A stretch of 13,592 bases of DNA from Armatimonadota bacterium. Its GTDB lineage: Bacteria; Armatimonadota; Armatimonadia; Armatimonadales; Armatimonadaceae. A program made the translations under genes and the position numbers. The stretch lies in contig JAYUUO010000101.1 in the NCBI GenBank assembly GCA_043754515.1, positions 1-13,592 of the forward strand. The letters run 5' to 3'. Shown in pieces: positions 5,597-13,592 of this stretch (positions within the stretch are counted from its first letter, which is position 1; each line of letters starts with the position of its first letter). The notes under the pieces were generated by a model. It saw only the letters and a list, made by a program, of their open reading frames with translations. It ran no database searches and was not told the DNA's origin.

Positions 5597-8371
5597 ATGA
5601 ATGCAGTTGAGATCGCTGACGCTGTATCCGATCTGTTTCAAAAAGACTTCGACCCAATAGAGTTCCCATTCGCCTTTTTGGAAGCGTTTGGGAATAAGGA
5701 GACCACACTCAAGCGGTTGCGGAAAGGCGACTCGAACGCCTCGGACATCACAGGCGGCGTTTTGCAGCGAAACAACATTCATCTGGCCGTTTGCAATCTA
5801 GGCAGTGTTGCCGATACGCTGAGTGCCTTACGGAAAAGTCCAAAGACTGCTTCCAGTAAAGTCAAGTTCATCCTCGCCACAGATGGCGAGTGGCTGGAAG
5901 CGGAGGAACTCGTTTCCGGGGAAGTACTCTCAACGCCTTACTCCGATCTGCCCGCCCATTTTGCGTTCTTTCTTCCCCTTGCCGGAATCTCAACTGTCAC
6001 GGAGATCAAAGAAAACCCGATTGATATTCGGGCGACGGGGCGGCTGAACAAGCTGTATGTTGAGCTTCTCAAGGAGAACCCGGAATGGGCGACCGCCTCG
6101 CGGCGACCGGACATGAATCACTTCATGGCGCGGCTGATCTTCTGCTTTTTCGCTGAGGATACGGGCATCTTCCACGGGGACAGCCTTTTCACGAACACGA
6201 TCAATCAAATGACCGTGAGTGACGGATCGAATATGTCCCCGGTCATCGGTCGAGTATTTGAGGCGATGAACCTCAGCATTGCAAAGAGAAAATCTGCCGG
6301 CTTGCCGGGTTGGGCTGACCAGTTTCCCTATGCCAACGGGGGGCTTTTTTCGGGTAGCACCGACGTGCCCCGGTTTACGCGCATCGCCCGCTCCTACCTG
6401 CTCCGGGCTGGGGAACTGAACTGGCGACAGATCAACCCGGATATCTTCGGTTCGATGATACAGGCGGTCGCGGACGATGAGGAGCGCGGCGAGTTGGGCA
6501 TGCACTATACGAGCGTGCCGAATATCCTCAAGGTGCTGAACCCGCTCTTTCTGGATGAGCTGCGGGCGCAGCTTGAAGCGGCGGGCGACAATCCGCGTAT
6601 GCTGCTGAATCTGCGCAAGCGGATCGCGCGGATTCGTGTGTTCGATCCCGCCTGTGGCTCGGGCAACTTTCTGGTTATCGCCTACAAGGAGATGCGGAAG
6701 ATCGAGGCGGAGATCAATCGGCGGCGCGGTGAGGCACCCCTCCATTCGGAGATCCCGCTCACCAATTTTCGCGGTATTGAGCTTCGGGATTTCGCCGCCG
6801 AGATCGCGCGGCTGGCGTTGATTATCGCGGAGTATCAGTGCAATGTCTTGTATCGCGGGGAGAAACTGGCACTCGCGGAGTTCCTGCCGCTGAATAAGAT
6901 GAACTGGATTGTTTGCGGGAATGCGTTGCGGCTGGATTGGCTCCAGGTGTGCCCGCCGACGGGAACCAGGGTGAAGGTGGCGGGGACGGATTTGTTCAGT
7001 ACTCCGCTGGATCAGGCGGAGATTGATTTCACCAATGAGGGCGGCGAGACCTATATCTGTGGAAACCCGCCGTACGTCGGTAGAAAATATCAGACGGAGC
7101 AACAAAAGGCAGAACTTCAGAACGTGTTTGGCGGCAGAGTCAAAGACATTCTTTCTTTGGACTACGTCACTGGGTGGTTTGTGAAGGCCACAGATTTCAT
7201 GTCAAAGACATTAGCCCAAAGTGCCTTCGTCTGTACTAATTCGATTTGTCAAGGCGTTCAGGTTTCTGCCCTGTGGCCAACGATCTTTCAGGCGGGAGTC
7301 TCAATCTCTTTTTCTTATCGATCATTCAAATGGTCAAACTTAGCGAGCCATAATGCGGGAGTCACGGTATCCATCATTGGCCTCACGAAGCAACCAAAAG
7401 AGTCAAAGCAAATCTTTGAGGTAACTGTCGATGGAAAAGCGACGGCACGGGAGTCGAAGAATATAAACGCCTATTTAGTAGCTGCTCCTAACGTCTATGT
7501 GTTTCCTCAAAGTCGTGTGCCTGACGAGAGAAACCCCATGCAATTTGGGAACCATCCTTATTACGCTAATGAGTTAATGATGCGATTTGGCGCGGCTAGT
7601 GAATTGGTTGCTCAATGCCCGGAGGCGGCGGCGTTCATTCGACCCATCTATGGCTCACAAGAATTTATTGATAGCGCCCCGAGGTCTTGTTTGTGGATCC
7701 GCATTGAGGATGTAAAGAGCGTTCAAGAAATAAAGGAGATTTGGAACAGAGTTGAAGCAGTAAGGAAAACACGTTTAAGTAAGAAGACAGACATTCAGGC
7801 TCAGAAGCTGGCAGAATTGCCATACAGATTTCGAGACCAGCACGAAGCGAAGGGCAATTTACTTATCGTTCCTATCGTAAGCTCTGAGAATCGGGAATAC
7901 TTGCCCGTCGGCTTGGAAAGTAACCGTGCAGTCGTTCATAACAAAGCGTTTGCGCTATACGATGCGCCGCTCTGGAATATGGCTCTCATCGCCTCGCGCC
8001 TGCACTGGGTCTGGATAGGGACTGTTTGTGTCCGCCTCCGAACGGACTTCTCCTATTCCAACACGCTCGGCTGGAATACCTTTCCGGTTCCTACTCTGAC
8101 TGAGAGTAACAAAGCGGATCTGACGCGCTGTGCCGAGGATATTCTGCTCGCCCGCGAAGCGCACTTCCCGGCGACTATTGCCGACCTTTACGACCCGGAG
8201 GCGATGCCGGATAATCTGCGCCGGGCGCACGAGCGCAACGATGAAACCCTGGAACGCATCTATATCGGTCGCCGGTTCAAGAACGACACTGAACGGCTGG
8301 AAAAGCTTTTTGAGATGTATACGAAGATGACCGAAGCCCAGCCCATACCGAAAGCGAAAGCGAAACGATGA
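5597..8371 (+). CDS. yeeA: YeeA/DnmA-like (MmeI-family) N6-adenine DNA methyltransferase, 924 aa
   Basis: Motif I FDPACGSGNF and motif IV GNPPY (7061-7075) in gamma order; FPYANGGLF; INPDIFGSMIQ; GMHYTSVPNILKV; C-terminal YSNTLGWNTFPVP and TIADLYDP..MP..L..AH...D. Likely start MNAVEI at 5597. Confidence 0.93.
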   Translation: MNAVEIADAVSDLFQKDFDPIEFPFAFLEAFGNKETTLKRLRKGDSNASDITGGVLQRNNIHLAVCNLGSVADTLSALRKSPKTASSKVKFILATDGEWLEAEELVSGEVLSTPYSDLPAHFAFFLPLAGISTVTEIKENPIDIRATGRLNKLYVELLKENPEWATASRRPDMNHFMARLIFCFFAEDTGIFHGDSLFTNTINQMTVSDGSNMSPVIGRVFEAMNLSIAKRKSAGLPGWADQFPYANGGLFSGSTDVPRFTRIARSYLLRAGELNWRQINPDIFGSMIQAVADDEERGELGMHYTSVPNILKVLNPLFLDELRAQLEAAGDNPRMLLNLRKRIARIRVFDPACGSGNFLVIAYKEMRKIEAEINRRRGEAPLHSEIPLTNFRGIELRDFAAEIARLALIIAEYQCNVLYRGEKLALAEFLPLNKMNWIVCGNALRLDWLQVCPPTGTRVKVAGTDLFSTPLDQAEIDFTNEGGETYICGNPPYVGRKYQTEQQKAELQNVFGGRVKDILSLDYVTGWFVKATDFMSKTLAQSAFVCTNSICQGVQVSALWPTIFQAGVSISFSYRSFKWSNLASHNAGVTVSIIGLTKQPKESKQIFEVTVDGKATARESKNINAYLVAAPNVYVFPQSRVPDERNPMQFGNHPYYANELMMRFGAASELVAQCPEAAAFIRPIYGSQEFIDSAPRSCLWIRIEDVKSVQEIKEIWNRVEAVRKTRLSKKTDIQAQKLAELPYRFRDQHEAKGNLLIVPIVSSENREYLPVGLESNRAVVHNKAFALYDAPLWNMALIASRLHWVWIGTVCVRLRTDFSYSNTLGWNTFPVPTLTESNKADLTRCAEDILLAREAHFPATIADLYDPEAMPDNLRRAHERNDETLERIYIGRRFKNDTERLEKLFEMYTKMTEAQPIPKAKAKR

Positions 8372-10443
8372 GCGAAAATCCAACGAACAAACGAACCATT
8401 CCCTCGGTCTCAATCACGACAGCACGTACTGCTACCTCCACGAAGGCGAACGAACTGGGTATGAGACCCATGCAGGAGCGTGCCTATGCCCGCCGTGGAG
8501 AGCAGTACCTACTGATCAAGTCGCCGCCCGCGTCCGGCAAGTCGCGGGCACTGATGTTTATTGCGCTGGACAAGCTGACCAATCAAGGCATGAAACAGGC
8601 GATCATCGTGGTGCCGGAACGCTCCATCGGCGGCAGTTTCGCTGACGAGGAACTGACCCAATACGGGTTCTGGGCGGACTGGCGAGTCCCGCCGCAATGG
8701 AACCTGTGCAACGCACCGGGAATAGACGAGCCAAAAGTGGCGAAGTCGAAGGTAAAAGCGGTGGGTGAGTTTTTGAAGAGTGACGACAAGATACTCGTTT
8801 GCACCCATGCCACTTTCCGGTTCGCCGTTGATGAACTGGGAGCCGAAGCGTTCGATGATCGTTTGCTGGCGATTGACGAGTTTCATCACGTCAGTGCCAA
8901 CCCGGACAATCGGCTGGGCAGCCAACTGGGGCAGTTCATGGCACGGGACAGGACGCATATTGTCGCAATGACCGGCTCTTACTTCCGGGGCGACGCCGAA
9001 GCGGTATTGACGCCGAGCGACGAGGCGCGTTTTGAAACAGTGACCTACACCTACTATGAGCAGTTGAACGGCTACGAGTACTTGAAGGCACTCGACATCG
9101 GCTACTTCTTTTACACGGGGCAGTATGTGGACGCGATAATCAAGGTGCTTGATCCCGCGTACAAGACTATCATTCATATTCCCAACGTCAACTCCCGCGA
9201 AAGCCTGAAAGACAAGCACCGGGAGGTTGAGGTCGCGATGAATTTCCTGGGCGACTGGAAAGGTGTCGATCCCGTCACGGGATTCCATCTGATCGAATCT
9301 AACGATTTGGGACGTATGCTCAAGGTTGCTGACCTGGTAGACGACTCGGACCCTGCCCGGAGGTCGAAGGTATTGGCTTCGCTCAAAGACCCTGCCAACA
9401 AGAACAACCGGGACCATGTTGACATCATCATCGCACTTGGAATGGCGAAGGAGGGTTTTGACTGGATCTGGTGCGAGCATGCGCTGACCATCGGCTACCG
9501 AAGCAGTTTGACGGAGATTATTCAGATTATCGGTCGCGCCACGCGCGACGCACCAGGGAAAGAGCGGGCACGCTTCACAAACTTGATCGCCGAACCGGAC
9601 GCGTCCGAAGGCGCGGTGGTGGACGCCATCAACGACACGCTGAAAGCTATCGCGGCGAGCTTGCTGATGGAGCAGGTGTTGTCACCCCGATTTGAATTCA
9701 CGCCGAAGAATACAGGAGCAAAAGAAGGCTTCGATTACGGCGCAGAGGGGTATGCCGAGGGCAAACAAAATGTCGGCTACAACGAAGCTACGGGCCAAAT
9801 GCATATCGAGATTGGCGGCTTAGTTACACCTGCAAGTGAAGGAGCGAGCCGAGTCTGTCGTGAAGATTTGAACGAGGTCATCACGGCTTTTATTCAGGAC
9901 AAGTCCGCGCTTGAAAAGGGTTTGTTCGATACAGAGAACACGGTCCCCGAAGAATTGACGCAGGTGCGGATGGGCAAGATCGTTCGGGAACGATACCCTG
10001 AGTATTCCCCGGAAGATCAGGAGGCGATCCGGCAATACGCGATTGCGGCGATGGCGATCACGCAAAAGGCGAAGGAGGCAGCCAGTGACGGCAATGGCGA
10101 AAGGGCTAACCTCTCGTTTATTGCTGGAGTTCGCAAGTTCGCCATGGATGTCCGAGAGCTGGATATTGACCTGATCGACCGCATCAATCCGTTTGACGCC
10201 GCCTATGCGGTCTTGGCGAAAGCGATGGATGAGAAAACGCTTCGGCAAGTTCAGGCGAGTATCGCTGCGAAGCGGGTGAACATTCCGCCAGATGAAGCCA
10301 AGGATTTAGCGCAACGCGCCGCCCGGTTCAAGCGGGAGCGAGGGCGACTTCCCGACATCAACGCTCAAGACCTTTATGAGAAGAGACTGGCGGAAGGCGC
10401 GGCGGCATTTATGCGGTACAAGGCGGCAGGACGCTATGAGTGA
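8368..10443 (+). CDS. yeeB: YeeB-like SF2 DExH helicase/ATPase
   Basis: Q-motif MRPMQ, Walker A PPASGKS, Walker B IDEFHH, motif III MTGS, MAKEGFD, motif VI QIIGRATR; ATGA overlap with the methyltransferase gene. Confidence 0.92.
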   Translation: MSENPTNKRTIPSVSITTARTATSTKANELGMRPMQERAYARRGEQYLLIKSPPASGKSRALMFIALDKLTNQGMKQAIIVVPERSIGGSFADEELTQYGFWADWRVPPQWNLCNAPGIDEPKVAKSKVKAVGEFLKSDDKILVCTHATFRFAVDELGAEAFDDRLLAIDEFHHVSANPDNRLGSQLGQFMARDRTHIVAMTGSYFRGDAEAVLTPSDEARFETVTYTYYEQLNGYEYLKALDIGYFFYTGQYVDAIIKVLDPAYKTIIHIPNVNSRESLKDKHREVEVAMNFLGDWKGVDPVTGFHLIESNDLGRMLKVADLVDDSDPARRSKVLASLKDPANKNNRDHVDIIIALGMAKEGFDWIWCEHALTIGYRSSLTEIIQIIGRATRDAPGKERARFTNLIAEPDASEGAVVDAINDTLKAIAASLLMEQVLSPRFEFTPKNTGAKEGFDYGAEGYAEGKQNVGYNEATGQMHIEIGGLVTPASEGASRVCREDLNEVITAFIQDKSALEKGLFDTENTVPEELTQVRMGKIVRERYPEYSPEDQEAIRQYAIAAMAITQKAKEAASDGNGERANLSFIAGVRKFAMDVRELDIDLIDRINPFDAAYAVLAKAMDEKTLRQVQASIAAKRVNIPPDEAKDLAQRAARFKRERGRLPDINAQDLYEKRLAEGAAAFMRYKAAGRYE

Positions 10444-11614
10444 CCTTAGCCTTGACGAGCTTGCCGACGAACTGAGTGAGTTCGCAGCACCGACGAAGGC
10501 GGCGGGTCGCTCGGCGCGGGAAGAGCGTATCATCGCGGGCTTCGAGGACATCCAGCGGTTCTTTGAAACCCACGGGCGGATGCCCCTTCATGGGGAGAAC
10601 CGGGACATCTTCGAGCGGCTATATGGGGTTCGCTTGGAACGACTACGAGCCTTGGACGAAGCGCAGTCGCTATTGACCGGGCTGGATTATCAGGGACTCC
10701 TGAACGGATCAGTAGCAAGCGCGGTAGACACGGATGATCTGTCTCTTGATGCCCTTGCCGCTGAACTCGGCGATATTCCGCAGACAGACGACATACGTGT
10801 GCTTCGGCACGTGGTTCCGTCTGAGGAGCGGCGAGCCGCCGAGGAGATAGCGAACCGGACGCGGTGCGGGGAGTTCGGTACGTTCGAGCCGTTGTTCAAG
10901 AGCGTTGCGAGTGATCTGGCGTCGGGAGCGCGAGAAACCAGTCCGTTTACGAGCGAGGGTAAAATCAACGTCGGCGATTTCTTCATCCTCGGCGGTCAGT
11001 TCACCTACGTCGTAGAGAGCGGTATGGAGACGCAAGCGTCGAACGGACAAACCAATGCACGTTTGAGAGTGATCTACTCAAACGGTACCGAAAGCAACCT
11101 GCTTCTGCGCTCACTACAACGTGCACTTGAAAAAGACGAAGCGGGACGGCGCGTGGTGGACATTTCCGCGCCCAGTCTCTTTAGTGGCGAATGGGATACG
11201 GACGACATTTCGAGCGGCACGATCTACGTCCTTCGTAGCCAGTCGTCTCATCCCTATATCGTGGAACACCGCCAATTGATCCACAAGATCGGCGTCACCG
11301 GCGGGAGTATCGAGTCACGAATCGCTCATGCTTCCCGCGAAGCGACCTATCTGCTTGCTGATGTTGAAGTGGTTGCCAGTTACAAACTAGCGACTATCAA
11401 CCGAACGAAGATGGAAGCACTGTTTCACCGCATTTTTGCTCCCGCTCTGTTAGACATTACGATCCCTGACCGTTTTGGTAATCCCGTTCGACCAAAGGAA
11501 TGGTTTCTCGTGCCTTTGCACGTGATCGACGAGGTTGTACGGCGCATCCACGATGGCTCTATTACGAACGTTATCTACAATCCGGTGTCTGCAACCTTAA
11601 TCGAGATGACGTAG
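10436..11614 (+). CDS. yeeC: YeeC-like GIY-YIG/T5orf172 nuclease
   Basis: GTIYVLRS...HKIGVTGGSIESRI...E.LFHR.F...PKEWFLVP; start ATG 10436 overlaps the helicase stop by 8 nt. Confidence 0.88.
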   Translation: MSDLSLDELADELSEFAAPTKAAGRSAREERIIAGFEDIQRFFETHGRMPLHGENRDIFERLYGVRLERLRALDEAQSLLTGLDYQGLLNGSVASAVDTDDLSLDALAAELGDIPQTDDIRVLRHVVPSEERRAAEEIANRTRCGEFGTFEPLFKSVASDLASGARETSPFTSEGKINVGDFFILGGQFTYVVESGMETQASNGQTNARLRVIYSNGTESNLLLRSLQRALEKDEAGRRVVDISAPSLFSGEWDTDDISSGTIYVLRSQSSHPYIVEHRQLIHKIGVTGGSIESRIAHASREATYLLADVEVVASYKLATINRTKMEALFHRIFAPALLDITIPDRFGNPVRPKEWFLVPLHVIDEVVRRIHDGSITNVIYNPVSATLIEMT

Positions 11615-11717
11615 ACGGGGTCGCCTCACGAACCGGTTAGCGTCTGTATAATTGTGATTGCCAACAATATTCATATGGTGGTTACCCGATAATGAAAAAC
11701 CGAACATGATTCTATAT

Positions 11718-12459
11718 TCAAAACCGTATCCGTTCGATTTCGTCTAGCCCGACTTCATCACCGCTGTGGTCATACAGCTTGGTGGTACGCGGATCGGCAT
11801 GATTAGCAAGTTTTTGCGCCTCGGCGAGCGAGCCGCCGTTCGCCATGTACAGCGTGATGCCCGTCGCACGGAACGAGTGTGGCGAGAACCGCTCGCCAAG
11901 TCCTGCATCCTTGCACCGCCGCTTGACCATCTGCGCTACGTCGTGCCGTGACATCCCCCGCTCTGTCAGCGTCCCGCTCCGACCCCGCGACGACCGGAAC
12001 AGCGGCGCGTCTTTGTCGCCCCCTTTCTCGCCCGCGATCCCCGCCGCTTCGACATACTCCCCCAGCCAGTCCGCCAGGTTATGGTGCGCCCACACCTCGT
12101 GCAGCTTGCCGCCCTTCTCGTGCAGCCGTACCTTCCACTTGCGCTGGTCTTGATAGAAGTCGCCGACGCGCATCCCCACCACCGCCGTTATGCGCCCGAC
12201 GGTGTAAACCATCACGGCGAGGATCGCTCGGTCGCGCAGTCCGACCAGGCGCGGCAGTGCTTCCTCCCCTACCACGTTCGTCACCTTCACGCCCGCGAAC
12301 AGCTCGCGCGTTTTCTCCGGCGACAGCACGGGGGTCACGCCCTTGCCCGCCGAGAAGCGCGGCGACTTCACCGAGGACGCCGGGTTGAAGGCAAGTACCT
12401 GATCGATCACAAGCGTATCGCATAACCGTCTTAGTGCGGACAGGTGCAACTTCACGCTG
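11718..12459 (-). pseudogene. Tyrosine recombinase/integrase, N-terminally truncated, catalytic domain intact
   Basis: RDRAIL..YTVGR, EKGGK, HSFR, LANH and TKLY supply the R-K-H-R-H-Y residues. The sequence begins abruptly at SVKLHLSALRRL..NPA, the last helix of the core-binding domain, with no upstream N-terminus. Confidence 0.85.
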
Positions 12460-12822
12460 CACCAACACCTGCCCGTATCGTCCCAGATACTTCGCCACCT
12501 GCGCGGTATCGGCGGTCGCGTCCACGTCGGCCTTCCAACCCTTCACCTCGATCACGCCGCGCGCCGGGATCTGCCCGCGCTGCATCTTCGTCCCGGTGTC
12601 CACCTCCCCTTTGCCGAACTGCTCCGCCGCGAACAGGCCGCCGTCGGGCAGGCTCCCCCCCTGTAAGCCAGGATGGAGGACGCAGCGCACCTTCGGCTTG
12701 AGCGCGTGCCCTACGGCGTTAAACAAAGTTTCGAGGCGTCCGTAGTAGGTCGTCTCGGCTACGGTCGCGCCCGTGGAGGCGATGTCGCGCAGATCGCGCA
12801 GGTAATCAGCGAGCGGTGTCAT
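12460..12822 (-). pseudogene. 5' fragment (about 121 aa) of a Type IIG/ISP-like restriction-modification enzyme
   Basis: YLRDLRDI..TG...ETTYYGRLE.LFN...PDGGLF...GVIEVK...QVAKYL.RYGQVLV is a PD-(D/E)xK nuclease N-terminus. It breaks off where TN would normally follow; the remainder of ORF 12079..12822 is out-of-frame integrase sequence. Confidence 0.8.
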
Positions 12823-12899
12823 GTCGCGTCACCGTTCGCCACCCGCCGGGCGTTGTCCTTCATTCCCGATACCGTTCCGGTGTTAAAGTAGTATCACCA

Positions 12900-12908
12900 T
12901 GCTATAAT
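12900..12908 (+). promoter_or_regulatory. Extended -10 promoter
   Basis: TGcTATAAT about 40 nt upstream of ATG 12949; AAGGA SD. Confidence 0.55.
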
Positions 12909-12948
12909 GAGATCCGAGAAACACATGACGGGAACAAGGAAATAAATC

Positions 12949-13191
12949 ATGCCGAGCGAAAGGTCTACCCTCGCGTACCGACCCGACCCCGTAGAGCGGG
13001 CGATACTGGACACGCTCGCGAAGAAACAGGGACTTTCCTTGTCGCGCACCATCGGGCAGGCCGTGCGGCGGTTCGGCGAGCAGGAAGGCGTCGGCATCGG
13101 CGAGATAGAACGCCGTCTTGAGGAAGCCAGAGACGGCGTTCTTAATACGGGGCGGCGTGATGAGCACGGCCATGCCTGCGATAACGCTTGA
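12949..13191 (+). CDS. Ribbon-helix-helix (CopG-like) DNA-binding protein
   Basis: STLAYRPDPVERAILDTLAKKQGLSLSRTIGQAVRRF fits a strand-helix-G.S.S-helix pattern. Confidence 0.7.
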   Translation: MPSERSTLAYRPDPVERAILDTLAKKQGLSLSRTIGQAVRRFGEQEGVGIGEIERRLEEARDGVLNTGRRDEHGHACDNA

Positions 13192-13418
13192 CCCTCCGAT
13201 CGCGAACGGACACGACCCGTCGATCTTCGGGGGACGTCGCTGCCTCCCCCCGAGTGGTGTGGTGGGACACAGCCAGGTGACAACGTGGGGCGAAGAATGG
13301 CTGCCCGAACTGCGGCAAGCGGCGTCTTGTCATCGCGCCGGTGGAGGGCAAGCGGTACCTCGTCTGTGCCGACGCGCTCACCGCCGATCCGGCGTGCGAT
13401 TACTACAAGGAGTCGTGA
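13160..13418 (+). pseudogene. Frameshifted small protein ending in a topoisomerase-type C4 zinc ribbon
   Basis: Frame 13281-13418 reads ..AKNG-CPNC-GKRRLVIAPVEGKRYLV-C-ADALTADPA-C-DYYKES* with no start of its own. Removing one G from GGGG at 13287-13290 joins it to the ORF starting at ATG 13160. Confidence 0.55.
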
Positions 13419-13435
13419 CTAGACGACAGGGCGGG

Positions 13436-13513
13436 CACAGGTGCTTTGAGTGCCGCCAATGCTTGTAATGATGCCGTGTAGTTGCCACTTTCAAATAGCT
13501 TATCAGCTTCACC
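13436..13513 (-). other. About 78-bp fragment resembling glycyl-tRNA synthetase beta subunit
   Basis: Translates GEADKLFESGNYTASLQALAALKAPV, resembling the GlyS C-terminal G.Y..SL..LA.L..PVD.FF motif; the expected D.FF is absent. Visibly more AT-rich than its flanks. Confidence 0.6.
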
Positions 13514-13592
13514 GTCGCGAGCAGCACAACGGAGAAGATCGCGAGCGTGAACGCCGACGGATTGAAGATGTGGACGCGCTTCCTCGCCAGCG
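13514..13592 (-). other. Fragment of a membrane protein with an RnfD/NqrB-like HIFNP motif (edge-truncated)
   Basis: Translates LARKRVHIFNPSAFTLAIFSVVLLAT, then switches into the GlyS-like fragment in a different frame. Confidence 0.4.

Noticed and set aside
3243..5600. Integron cassette array (small co-oriented genes near a tyrosine recombinase)
   Set aside because: No attC-like RYYYAAC...GTTRRRY structures were found between the genes, several genes overlap, and the recombinase does not look like IntI.
5990..9480. Long antisense ORFs (5990..7105, 8509..9480; also 4374..5288)
   Set aside because: Shadows of GC-rich sense genes with no recognisable motifs.
11615..11717. AT-rich gap with TATAAT as a promoter, att site or res site
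   Set aside because: No matching -35 box, no convincing inverted repeat, and it lies between convergent genes.
12079..12459. C-terminal half of ORF 12079..12822 as a real protein
   Set aside because: Arg/Gly-rich out-of-frame read-through of the integrase.
5493..13433. 12-bp direct repeat GACGACAGGGCG (5493-5504 and 13422-13433) as att sites
   Set aside because: A 12-mer match is expected by chance in 13.6 kb of GC-rich DNA, and the first copy lies inside the IS remnant.

Overview
GC-rich bacterial accessory DNA that looks like part of a prophage or ICE-like element. From left to right: (1) A leftward early operon encoding a SWIM zinc-finger protein that runs off the window edge (absent from the ORF track), a small coiled-coil protein and a Cro-like HTH protein. 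(2) A genetic switch with four 17-bp operators (GTWACTA-N3-WAGTKRC type); three of them overlap the spacers of sigma70-type promoters. (3) A rightward immunity/cargo block: XRE repressor, zinc-ribbon/TM2-like membrane protein, ImmA/IrrE HExxH protease, a secreted protein, a secreted HNH nuclease and small hypothetical proteins. (4) A probable IS4 transposase remnant, then an intact, translationally coupled YeeA(DnmA)/YeeB/YeeC-like operon: MmeI-like m6A methyltransferase with a low-GC specificity region, SF2 helicase and GIY-YIG/T5orf172 nuclease. (5) An N-terminally truncated tyrosine recombinase joined out of frame to the 5' stump of a second restriction-modification gene. (6) An RHH regulator, a frameshifted C4 zinc-finger gene and a patchwork of short unrelated gene fragments at the right edge. 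All family assignments come from motif recognition by eye; no searches were run.
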